Source of the DNA: the human T2T-CHM13v2.0 reference genome, Homo sapiens
Assembly: GCF_009914755.1 (NCBI RefSeq)
Contig: NC_060945.1
Direction: 5' to 3' (one strand)
DNA: 64,000 nucleotides
The notes beneath the pieces are model-generated. The model did no database searches. It saw only the letters and a list, made by a program, of their open reading frames with translations, and was not told the DNA's origin. A program made the position numbers and the translations under genes. Positions 1-12,900 of this stretch are shown here, piece by piece (within the stretch, counting starts at the first letter, position 1; every line of letters starts with the position of its first letter).

Positions 1-28
1 CGGAGAGAGAGACGCGGTGGGGACAGGG

Positions 29-103
29 ATGCGCATTTCACTTCCCCGAGCTCCGGAGAGGGATGGCGGGGTGTCGGCGAGTTCACTGCTGGACACAGTT
101 ACT
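29..103 (+). CDS. ABCG1: ABCG1 alternative first coding exon (coding part; 5' UTR extends upstream of window), MRISLPRAPERDGGVSASSLLDTVT
   Basis: ATG at 29, 25 open codons, then ACT|GTAAGT donor at 104. Phase 0 joins the next exon (NASSYSAEM...). Matches an ABCG1 isoform N-terminus I recognise. Confidence 0.88.
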
Positions 104-443
104 GTAAGTGCTGTTTCCAGGGGTGGTCAGGAATCTCCCTTTCTGGTTTTCTGGCATTAGGAACAAACAACAAACCAATCATCAGGCCCCCAGCCACCCA
201 CCTCACCTTATCCTAGCGCCCTTCATGTCTACGCCCAGCACACCAACATCGTAGAGGTAGCTAAAGTACAAATGGAAAGTCTTCCGTATTCCACGCCGTG
301 TATCTGTGTAGTTACTACCCTGATATTACTTCCCCGAGGCTGTAAGCCCACAGTGCATGGCACGCTCCGGGGCTCACCCCGCCCCTCCCCTGTATTTCAT
401 TTTTAGCATCCTGTATTTGAAGTCAGCAGGGCTCAGCAGGATT

Positions 444-459
444 TGACCGACAGTTACCT
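444..459 (-). promoter_or_regulatory. LXR/RXR DR4 element AGGTAA-ctgt-CGGTCA
   Basis: TGACCGacagTTACCT on +; DR4 with 'ct' spacer start typical of LXREs. ABCG1 is an established LXR target with intronic LXREs. Confidence 0.8.
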
Positions 460-1229
460 CTTGCCTTGAGCTCAAGAGAAAAAAAAAAAATAGCCAGGTT
501 TCTGCGCATGCTCCGCTGTGACAACTGCATCCTATGATTCCAAACAGGTTACTGTAGAACATACGGAGCCTCGCCAGCTCATTATATAATGATTTTGTGT
601 AAACGATAGAATGGGGCCGCAGACATGGCCAGGCGGTGGGTGGAGGAGGGGAGAGCCCGAGCGGGAGACCCGCAGGCTGACTCGCCTCTCTGGGCTGCCC
701 TGCCTTCCCTGCGTGGCTTCTACGTAGAAGAGGCAGTGAACAAAACGGAAAAGCCGTTTCCCTCCCGGTGACACTTGCTTTTCTCTGGTTGAATCTTTGG
801 GCAACACTTGGGAATTCTGCCTTTTGCACTTGTTCATCTATTAGGATTTCTAAATGAGGTTGACCATGGAAAATTAAGGAGGTTATTGATGTTAGTTGCA
901 GGTAGAGAAAGTTATAGATCTTGTATTAGATGCTAGTTAACTCTTGAATTCCTTCTAGAGCTGCAAAGGTGGCTTGGTGTGGGTTTTCCTATAATGGACA
1001 TGTGGAAAAATAATGAATCCGATGTTTTAAGGTACAGATTTTTAATACCAAGTTTTTAAAAAATGTTATATTATCATTTGATAATATGCCCCCGGAGCTC
1101 AACTGTCTTGTTATCACGTGGAGACAGTAACGGCTGGGCTCATTGTTTTGGAGAACATTATTTTATTTTGAAAATTATTTTCCTCTCTGAAAACTGGGTA
1201 CTTTAAAAAAAGTTTAAACATTTCTATTC

Positions 1230-1344
1230 ATGCACAGCTGTCCCACCCTGAAAGCAATAATCTGATGGTAGAAGCTAAGCAGAGTTAGGCCCCGGCTAGT
1301 CCTTGAATGAGAGACCACCTGGGAATTCTGGGGGCTGTAGGGTT
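1230..1344 (+). pseudogene. 5S rRNA retropseudogene (probably RNA5SP492; symbol from recall) with A-rich tail to ~1375
   Basis: Colinear with 5S rRNA: ccaccctgaa...tctgat...gaagctaagcag...tagt.cttg.atg.gagacc.cctgggaat...gctgtagg. Many substitutions and a short internal deletion; A-rich tail follows. Confidence 0.9.
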
Positions 1345-2629
1345 AAAAGAAAAATAAATTAAAAATAAAATAAATTCTGGCCAAGTCATAAACAAAGAGC
1401 CCTTCAGAGATACCAGGATCTTAAGCTTTGCTTTTCCTTCACCTCCCTGCCCTGGGGTCCATCCTGGTGTGGACCCTCTGAGCTGTGAGTCAAAGGAGGT
1501 ACTTGGGGGTGAGCCAGGCACTCGGGGGAACATGCTGGAGCCCCTGAGTTCGGTGGGCATACAAGGGGTGGCAAATGCGTCCAGTGGGAGGGTGGTATTT
1601 GGAGGTGTTCTGGGATTCCAAGTGACCCCTCAAGTGCGGTCTGGTCTCTGGCTCAGTTCAGGGTATGATGCCTTTGGTATTTTCTTCTGGGCAGTCGCCT
1701 TGGGGGCTCTTGGTCAGTGCATTTTCCTCTTATGTGCTTAGGATGCTTAGGCAGGTACCAAGGCTGGCAGCAGTGAACCAAAGAGAGAAGACAGACAGCT
1801 GCGTGCTAACTGTGCTGCTGACTGGCTCCTCCTCCTGTTTCCTGACTTCCTCCTAATGCTAGGAGAAAAAGTTTCTGTCTCTGTGTTCCTGGTGGAAATG
1901 GAGTGAATGCGGCTCACCACGGCCTGTGGGTGGCTTACTGACTGCTACAGACCCTCCCCAGCTAAACAGGCATCTCTATCTGCCCAGGATTCAAACTGCA
2001 ATCACAGGCCACTCTGCTCAGCGCCCAGGAAAATATTCCCATGAACAGCAGCCAGGAACAATCCAAACAGGGTCTCTTTGGCATTCCACATCTATGAATG
2101 AACTTACTATGACGTACAATGTATTGTGCAGCACAAATCGTATGTGGCCCGGTGCGGGGGTGGGGGAAGGTCAAAGACAATGCTTCAGTAGGATAGGGAA
2201 ACAGAAGAGTGAAAGGAAAAAATGAAGAGAGAAGATGCATGTGTTTTAATTTTAATGAGCTCAGGAGGCTAAGGAGAAACTCGCTGTAACCTACATTGCC
2301 GGCAGCTCTCATCGGAGGATGTGTTTCCAGAGAGCTGGTCTATTTCAGACTGACAGGCCACTGCCTCGCATCACGCAGTTTTCACGATCCTATTAATTGG
2401 GTGAGGCTGTTAGACGCTGTGGAGGAAAGGTGGTCAACTGTATGCATTGCTTTGCTGTTGGCTTATTTGGGGATGGGGCTGTATGATTTCCTTGGTGTGG
2501 ATTTTCCTATAATGGACAAGGGCTGAAAGATGCCGAAACACCCACAACTCACCCGTGGAAGGCTAAGCAATAGTCAAGGGCCGTTACAGAGGCTTGTGGT
2601 CTCAGACCTGGAAGCCTCTCAGAGCAGGG

Positions 2630-3500
2630 CCCCAGCCTGGCCACGCCCTAATCATGGGGTCTTAAGCAATTCAGACCATGTCTCTGTGCTTCCGATACCT
2701 CCTCCGAACTGGAGATGGTCATCCCACCTCCCAGCACCCCTGTCCCTGTTAGGGTTGTGGAGGTAATAAGAGGCATAAACTATATAGGTTAGAGTTTAAT
2801 AGTCACATGGTAATTGCTGGATCAATAAACACTATTGTTTATAATCACTTACCTAGCATGCACAAGCCATTATTATTTAATACTTTACATTGCAAGTACT
2901 TGATTCTGGCTTCTCTCTTTCTTACTCCCAAATCAGTTTAGTCACCCAGTTTTATCCTCCTGGCCTGTCCCCTTTCCTTCACCCCCACTACCAACAGCAG
3001 ATCCAGGCCACCATCACCCCACCTGGCTCACAGCAGGAGACTCTTCTGCAGTTCTGGTCCTGTTATTCCCTCGGGGCTCCCCAAAGATCTCTAGATAAAA
3101 TGCAAAACCCGTAACCAAGTTGGCAAGCCCTTCCCCATGGGGACCTTGTTTGCCCCTCTAGTCTCATCTTATTCTAAAGCCCCCTACTCTCCTGCCCCGA
3201 CCCTACCAGCCCAAATCCACGCTCCAGCCCCTGCGTTTCTTACAGGTCTCTGAACGCTTCACTGTCTCATGCTGGTGGGACTTTGTCTATGCTGTTCCCT
3301 AGCAGAGGCCACCAGGAGCCAGCACTCCTCCATGTCACCTTGCTAAACTCAACTAAGATTCTATTTCTGCAGAAAGATTTCGTCCTGCGTCTCCCCATCT
3401 CAGGGTCTGTGTTGCGTTAGATATCCCTTCTGAGTTACCCATAGTATGCTTTCCGCCTGGCTCTTGGCTTGACCTATTGTAATTAGTTGGTCTTCCTCAA
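2630..3500. mobile_element. MIR fragment followed by L2 fragments (approximate limits)
   Basis: tctctgtgcttc...agggttgtggagg...tcaataaa (MIR-like); caggccaccatca...cacctgg and ctatgctgttccct (L2-like). Confidence 0.5.
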
Positions 3501-5727
3501 AATGAAAGAAGCAGATCATAGGCACACATGGGGAAAAGGCACCCACCAAGAGTCCTCAAGGCGACGGCCCAGAGGAAAATAACCAAAGCATCAAGAAGCA
3601 CAGCTGAGCTTCTCAACAATCTGGAGGCACTTATGCTTTCCTCCTGGCTCTTGCCTTAACCTATTGTAATGAGTTGCCTGTTTTCTTGCCTGGGGCCAGA
3701 TCTTGAACTTGAGCTTGCCAGGTCAGGGGCCATGTCTGCCTGGCTAATTGCTGACCCCAGGGCTTTATCTGGTGCTCAGTTTGTCCAGTGAATGAGTGAG
3801 TGAGACAGTGAGTGAGTGAGCAGATAGTGAGTCTAGCAGAGAAAGTCAGGGTCTCATGATAATGTAGATGGGTGGTGTGGTGGCCATTCACCCTGTATTA
3901 GTGTGGGCTTCAGCCACAAGAAAGAAGCATCTGTCCCTGGGCTTCAGCAGGGGCCTCACACCTGCAATGGGTGCCTGGGGAGAGGGTGCAGATGTTGCGT
4001 GGCAGCTGGCCTCCTGGGGTGGAGGTGGAGAGGACCCACAATGGGAGAGAAGTTGCTCGAGCACCCTAGGACTTACCCTCAACTGCACACACAGCCATCG
4101 GGGGTCACGTGGCAGAGCCCACATCTGCCAGCAGGATTGGGTAGAACCCAGCGCGTTCTGTGTCTTTATTTGTGTGGCAAGGTGGGGATGGAAATGGACA
4201 CAGGGAACCAGACCTAGAGCGCATTGTCTTGTCCCACAGCTTTGTTGACATCCCCCCTCCAAAGCCCAGATTTGGTGTTTTTGGGGCTCTTTTGGAATCA
4301 AAGTGAGCTCTAAACACCTGGGGCAGCAGCATGGGATCCCAGAGGGCAGGCTGAGGGGCATGGCGTAGCAGCTCCTCCAAGAGGCCCTGCCACAGGGGCA
4401 TTGGGACCAGCTGGGAGGAGGCTTCGGGGTCGCTCCCTTGGAGTCTGCATCTTATCATCACACCAGACCCCTAAGGAAGGCGGATCCCTTGTCAGACACA
4501 CATACACCCTCCCAGCTCTGCTCGGGAATGCGGGGAACCCACTTACGCTGGCATCCAAGACACCCCACATGCCCGGGACCAGCAGACCAAGCTCAGCTTT
4601 GTCAGAGTTTCACTTGGCACCTTTAGTTTTAGCCACACAATATTATAGTGCAGGAGCTAAGTTTTGATTTCATGAAGGACTTCAGAGGTAGAAGATGCCT
4701 GGAAGGGGTGTGTGTGTGCTTTTGGCACTGTGAGATGTTCTCTCTCGATTTGGAAGACAGCAAGAAAAAGCACAGCAATTTGCTCCCCCAGGGTTCTTCT
4801 GTGTTTTGAAGGTACCTGAAGCTTATTGATTTGCTCACGGTTGCCAGGCCATTGAAAAAGGGTATTTCTTTCTTTGCATAGGTACTTCTGGGTTCTTGGC
4901 AATCAGTTACAGTTCGTTTGACTCCCAATGGAAGCTTTAAAAGCCAATGGTAGCTACAAAAGATTAGGTATTCTCTTGATGCAGTGAAATGAACACCTAT
5001 CTTTTTTTTTTTTTTATGACTCAAATTCTGGGATAACTTCTGCTACTCACTTGATTGTGAGACCTGGAACACGGTCCTTAAATTGTCTATATCTCAGTTT
5101 CCTTGTTTGTCTAACATATTAAAAAATGTTAACCATTCCAACTTTTCAGCACTATTATGAAGAGGTAGCAAGAGAGTAGAATTGTAAGTGATTTGGAAAT
5201 TTTAAATGCAAAATACAAAGGCCAATCCCCACAAAACTCAGCAGCTCAGGTGATGTCATTGCTCCTGAGACATTTTTATGAGATTACGCGAGAAAGGCAC
5301 AAAACAGCTCAGTGTAAATATAAGTTTCTCGGTTTTTTATTTCTTAGGCACCTGGTGTGTCTTTATTGAGGTTTTTAAAATGAGGGGACTGTAAATAGAT
5401 CGATGCCTATGGTGGCCAGTGTTTTCTTCTTTGAGGCAAGTGATGATTCATGGATTATAGTTTTATGATTAGATTTTATGATTCCAAAGTAAGACTTGTA
5501 GATCAGTGTAACACTTTACCTTAAGCATTTTTTAATAGAAGAAAATGTGACGGAGATGACAAATTCCTCTAGGTGGGCACATTTCTCCTGGGGCCAAAGG
5601 TGCTCCTGCAGTGGAAGAAGTGTTGCTATTAATAACCAATGACCCTGAGCCTCATGGTGAATCTCTTCATGTTCTTTTTCTTGATGCAGCTTATAACAGG
5701 TCTTGTTGCTTCCTCTGGTTTTTCTAG

Positions 5728-6015
<288 letters not shown>

Positions 6016-7717
6016 TGAAGGAGGCAACAGGTTGTTTGGGCAAAATCGGGGTCTGGAGGTTGAGAGGCTGAGCTTCTCTTCCCAACGCCGTCACTGCTGT
6101 GGTCAATTTATTCTATTGCTTTCTGCCTGAATTTTCCTCTCCTATAAAATGAACAGGTTGGATTTGGTGATCTCAAAGTTCATGGTTGCTCTGAAATTCT
6201 GCGATGTCATTATGGAGAATTTCACAAAGATTGACGGGTGTCAAAGTGTGCCTGTTTCTGGCATGTGCTGAGAGAGTCCTCTTTTGTGGATGCTGTTCAT
6301 GTCCATCTTTCAAGATGGAACTGTTTTTCAACCGCCCAGAGCAAAATGGGGGACAGGTGCCCCCCTCCCAAGCGTGAAGTGTTAAAAAGTGGCCAGTGAC
6401 CTAGACTGACCTCTCCAGAGACCCATCTTGAAAGGATTCTTTTGTGGGTGGTTGTGGTAGGCTAGAAAGAAAACTAAACTGTTGAAAAGAGCTGATACAT
6501 AAAAATAGAAAAAACAGAGAGGATAGAGCTCAGGAGGTGTCTGGAACGCCACACAGTGCAGGAGTTTGCCACTAGCTTGTTGCATGTTACAGGAAATTGA
6601 TGAGTGGTAGTTTGAGTTTTCTCAGCAACCTTCCCTAGCTCTAGAGTTTCACAGTTTGTGGAGTTAATGCCGCCCTGGGTTGGTGTGTTTTTTTCAAGCC
6701 TGATCTGTTTCTTCTGTGGAATTTATCCTTCATCTCCTTATGCTCCAAGCACTCATTGTCTGCTCCTAAGTGGATCAGACAGGTGGGTTGGGGGAGCTGA
6801 TAGGCAGAGGACGTGTCAGACTTCATCAAGAAACCATGGTCCCTAGTTTCTACTGAATCATGGAAAGCAATTTGAAAATCTGGGAGGACTTTGGAACAAT
6901 ACAAATGACTCAGGTACCCCTGGAATATGCTAATATTTTAGGACTTTGAACTTAAAACTGGATTCAGCCCTTCTTTCATTTTGAAGAAGACCAATCAAGA
7001 CTCACGTTTTAAATTTTCAGTTGTCTTTCTTCTTTTCCCTATTATCTTCTTTTTGTTTTTCTACCCTCTTGAAGCTAAGTCTTTGAGACCCTTAGCATGG
7101 GCAGTCCCATCTTCATTGTAATCACAATTTTAGAGCTTTGAAAGACTGGTCCCTGGGATCTGCAAGCCCAGTTGGTGGCTGGGTAACTGTATGTCTGTGT
7201 TTGCACAAGCAGAAACAGATTCAGTACCTTCTCAACAGACAACAGTATAGCACTGTGATGTGATACTTGCATTTTCAGAGCATACCAGCCTGTTCTGTTA
7301 AGAAAGCAGCTCTGTGGCAGGCTCAGATGTGGGCCCACTCCTTTGATCATGTTGAAATTTCAACATAGGGTTCTAGAATTCTCCTTCTCAACTTAAAGAA
7401 ATATTTTATAGAAAAATGTATCAAGAAACCAGGACACCGCGTCATGTTTTGGCGTCGTTTGTCTATATAGACAAATTATGGCAAAGCAGTGAGCAACATA
7501 GAGCGATTCCTGTCCGTCTGTTATGTGTGGCCTTGGAAATGTTGTCATGACAGTAGAAAATGCTGGGAAAGGTGTCTTGTAAAATGAAGATGGGTTGTAA
7601 TGCAGAAATGAAGACATCTGAAACCTGGTGGCATCTGGGTTTGAAATGTCTTGGCATAAGCCTGGCACACAGGTGTAGCCAGTGTTTGCAAGCAGTGAGT
7701 ATCGCTCCCCTACCCAG

Positions 7718-8097
7718 TGTGTTTGTCCATTTTCACACTGCTATAAAGAACTACCTGAGACTGGGTCATTTTTAAAGGAAAGAGGTTTAATTGGCTCACA
7801 GTTTGGCATGGTTGGGGAGGGCTCAGGAAACTTACAATCATGGCAGAAGGTGAAGGGGAAGCAAGGCATGTCTTACATGGTGGCATGGGGTGAGGGGAGA
7901 GAGAGAGAGAGAGCATAAAAGAACCCACACACATTTAGAACATTAGATCTCATGAGAACTCCCTCACTATCATGAGAACAGCATGAGGGAACCGCCCCCA
8001 GGATCCAATCACACCTCTCGCCCAGTCCCTCCCTTGACACGTGGGGATTACAATTCAAGATGAGATTTGGGTGGGGACACAGAGCCAAACCACATCA
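7718..8097 (-). mobile_element. MaLR solo LTR, THE1C/D-like
   Basis: TG...CA ends, 5-bp TSD CCCAG (7713-7717, 8098-8102); reverse strand begins tgatgtggtttggctctgtgtccccacccaaatctcatc. Confidence 0.9.
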
Positions 8098-9494
8098 CCC
8101 AGTATGTGACTTGTCACCCCTATATTCTCTAAGTGTTTAAACTGATCACATGAATCATCACAGTTAGCCAGCTGGTAATGGCTTGTAGTGAGGGAGGAGC
8201 CCCAACTGTCCATTCTTAGGAGCGCAGCCCGGGCGGGGTGGCCACCAGATAGAGACTTGCCCTACAGTAACCTTGTGTGCTCAGGCAGGGGAAGAGCCTG
8301 CAATGGGCCGCCGAGGGACCTGCCCATGACTCAGAAATGGGTGGAGCCAGAGGGGTTGACAGACAGGATATGTCTGCTGTGTTCCAGCTGCTGGTTTCTG
8401 CAGGGGCCAAGGGTAGTTTTGCTGTCTGGCTTCCTACCCACTGCCCTCCCCAGCCACAGCAGCACCTGCGTCTGTCTTCCCTCTCCCTGCTCCTCCTCCC
8501 CTGCCTGCCCCATCCTTTCCTTTGTTCCTGGTGCCTACAATTCAGAGTCTAGATGGTTTATCACTCCAGCACACAGAATAGAAAGGAAACTGAGACAAAG
8601 GTGGTTAAGGGACTTGCCCATGCTCCTGGGCTTGAAAGGGGCAGGGCTGGGATGAGGACAGCAATTTCTAGCTCTGTGCACTCCGACACAGTGGCCATGC
8701 CTTGTCTAGCACAGGGCCTTATGGGGTGCCAGGGTCCATGTAGCCAGCAGGGAAGCAGAGCTCTTCCTGGAGGCTCTGGTGCCCACAGGATTTCCTGCTG
8801 TTGGTGGTTCAGTTGCCACTGCTGAAGAGTTTTTCCTGCCAAAGGGTGCTAGCTGCAGAAGCCCTCTCTGTGCCCACTGTTGTCCCAACACCAGCCTGTT
8901 CTTGGGTGCTGCGTCCAGTTGGCTCCAAACTTGGGTACCATATTTCCCCAACCAAAAGCCAGGACAATCAATAACAGTGCGCATTAAATGCGGATCTTGT
9001 GTTGGGGCTGCAGGAGGAGCTGCATCCCACTGGACCTCACCCACACGGGTCGCCACCCTCCTGGTCCGCCTCTGCGCCTGCTGGTCCACCAAGTCGGCCT
9101 CTTTTGCCCCTCCCATGCATGGGTTCCTCCTGCTCCTGCTTTTGTCCCTCCAATTGCTGGCGGTGGTCTCAGTCCCCAGCCATGATTAGGTTAGGCTGAG
9201 AAGTCAGAGCCCAGCCTCACTCTGCATTTCTCTCTTCTCACAGTGGCGGAGTTTGTATTTGGCATCATCTCTGTGCGACTCCAAGTGTGACGTTGGGTCA
9301 GGGGCTACTTCTCTGACTGCTCTCAGTATATTCATTTTGCTGTCTGTATCAAGTCCATTGTTTTCAACTTTTAAAAATTCAGTTTGATGCATTGAGCTAA
9401 TTGTAATGATCACGCGGAGGCTGGATGTCCTGGCATTGCTGGGGAGGTGTCTCCGAAGGTAAGAAGTGAAGCAGTTTTGAAAGTGCCTGGTTCT

Positions 9495-9935
<441 letters not shown>

Positions 9936-12900
9936 TTACAAAGACACTGGACCACTCCGGTTGTTTCCAGGAAAGACTTTTTCTCACATGATTTCCCCCA
10001 AAACATGGTGCTGCGATACAAACGCAACATACAACGCCCTAGCAAAGCTGAGCATTGTGACCAGAATAACTTTATGAAGTCCTACGTAATTATTTTAAAG
10101 AAGGAGAACTTCACAATCCTTACAAGAAAGGCGATGCGGGAAACAGTAGCGGCATTTTTAAGAAGAGATGCCAGGCACTGATTCTGTAAAACTTTTGAGC
10201 TTGACAGTTACTAAGCGTTGAATATGGCATTTTAACAAAACATCTTGTATTTTCAATTGTAGTTACATTTTCACCATATGACTAATGATGTCTTTGGAGG
10301 GAAAACTAGATCATATAATAGATTCCTAGCAGAAAACATAATTGTGAGAGGAACTATTCTCAGGAGAGAGGAGTACACCCCAAGGATAATTTCCCCGGCC
10401 TCGGATACAGTAATTACTCTCCCTCAAGGAATTCACTCACGTAGCTTGTGTTGATGGGACAAATGGCTCGGAACAATATCAGCTTTGGTGCTGTCACACA
10501 AACTGCGCTGGGGACAGATCAGAGTGATCTGGTTTATTTGTTCCTCCTCACCCTTAGGTGTGACTCTTTTGAAAGCAGCCTTTTCTTCCTACAGAGTAGA
10601 CACTATGTTGAGAACATTTAGGAATGTGGTTAAGAGTAAGTTCACAGAATAAAATTCTTCTTAGGTAAAGATGATGGGGATGAGCAGATTTTATCGTAAG
10701 CTGCTTTCAGAGCCCATTCACACAAGGGTCTCATTTTATTAGGGCGTGATTGGCCACAGTGAACAAATGGAATGCTTGGGTACTCGTACACTGCCCATCC
10801 CCCAGGAGATCCCGGCGGTTCCCACGCGTAGTTGACTGAATGATAGCCGTTCTTCAATCCATTTGGCTCATGGGGCCGATTCAGGAAGGATCTGCACATT
10901 CTTCCTGTGGAAACCTGTGACATGAGGCTCAGAGACGTGACCAAGGTCATAGGAGTGGGGAGGAAGGAACTCAGAACCAGGTCTGTGGGATTTCAGGCCA
11001 AAAAGGAGCGTAGCAAGTGCTTAGCTCTGACGTGGGCACAGGACTGGACCACCAAGGCACAGCTGTGCCTAGCCCCGTGTTATGAAATGGTGTGGGGTTG
11101 CCTTGGCTGTAAACTGATGTATTTTCCTTTTAATTGGCCTGCTTGGATGTCAGCGGCCATTGGCCATTTATAGGGATTTCCTGTCCCTCTGGAGAGGCTC
11201 CAGCTTCCCTCTTCTCACCAGGAAGGGGAGGCTGATGTGCATGGCGTGCTTTCTCTCCAACAGGTGAAGCGATTCTCAGAAATCAAATTTACCTCCCAAG
11301 ATTACCTTGAGGCGAAGTTCAGGTTGAGAACAAATGTAGTCATATCTGGGGCTTTAGAGCGTTTTCTTTCCTATCTGCAGTCAGGCCGTGGCCTCCACAT
11401 GGTGACGCTCTGATGGAATGGAATGTCGCCTCCTTCTTTGAAACCCAACCCTCCAGGCTCATCCTTGCCAAAAACCAGGAAGGGGTTAAATATTCCGGGC
11501 AGCGCCAAGTCAGATTATCTGTATTGGTTTGCTTCTACGCTATAAAAATGCATTTGGACACCTTTCTCAAATTCGGGGTTGCTTTCTCTTAATTTCTATA
11601 GCCATTTCACAAGGCCTGTAATGACAGGCCAGCTAAAGTGCATGGAAGGCATCATGAATAAATCCTTTCAGGAATTCCATTAAGGGAAGACTGGATTCCA
11701 ACCAAGTGCTAGTGACTTGATCCAACCTGCTAGAACAGGGAGGGGAGGCAGCCCGGTTAAAGGCAGAGTGTGGAGATCCTGTGGCTAGGGGTTTTGAGAG
11801 GGGCAGATGCTCAGGCTGAAGGGGGATGGATAGTTCCCTAGCATAAGTGAGTTACTTTTGTGCTTCTTTGAGGCTGTTGTGCTAAAGTGGGCTTTCTTGT
11901 GGGCCCACAGGACATTTCTTTTAGTCCTTTGCCTTTAATGGAGGTGACAGCTGACCCCTGGTGCAGTGTCGTGGCCCCAGGCCACTTGCAGGGATGGCTT
12001 GCTTGAGGCTGGGGCATTGACAAAGAGTCTGCCTTGGAGAATTCAGAGGACTGGAGAACCCTTCTCTTCCCCGCTGGGGCCAGTTCCTAGGTTCTCAGTG
12101 GCCCCCAGGTGGGTGGGCTACCACTCAGGCCCTGAGGGGTAGCACTCCTTTGGTGATGAGGTCTTCTGGAACAGTTCTGACCCCTCTGCCTTACAGGGCC
12201 CCAAAGAGGCTTTGAAAAAATTTTGAGAATGGACCAACTCTCACAGCAGATTCATGAGAGTTGAATGTTTAGCCGCCATGTGCAAGACCAAAGGGGTTTG
12301 CTACTTTCTTGGACAGGCTTCATATCCAAGGGGTCTAGATGCTCCCCTCCAGCCAGCACATTTTCTCCCTGTGAGCACGTTGCAAGGGAAACCAAACCCT
12401 CACCAGCTTGGGCCTGGGATCTGGGTGTGTGACTCCTTAGTGTGGCGTTGTTAGCGGTGGCAGCCTCCCTGGACAAGGCTCAGATGGCTCTGCCAACATT
12501 GGCCTTGGGGTCTGCTTTTCTCTTTGCCACCCTCAGATTGGCAGGTTCTTTATTTGGACATGTTAATACTTTGTCATTTTCCCAGAGAGTGCTCCTGTTC
12601 TTGAACCATCTGGCCCCTTCAGTGCAACTCTGTAGGACTGTGCTCTGCTCCGTGGGGGTTGGTGTCACTGTTTAACTGCTGGAGGATGTTCTTACCACAA
12701 TCGTTTTCACCTGCATGGTGGGTGCCCCCCTGCCTTCCTCTACTGCCTTGAATAGGCTTGTATCTTGAAAAGTTCACGTTCTCAAATGGAGGCCCTCCCT
12801 ATAAACCAGAACCTAATCCACCAGTCCAAGAAATCACCAAAGGTGACATTTTGCTGAACATGACACCGTTTCTTTTGTTTATAAATTGGCAGGAAGAAAA

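Noticed and set aside
1230-1344. Functional 5S rRNA gene
   Set aside because: Heavily diverged single copy with an internal deletion and an A-tail; called a pseudogene instead.
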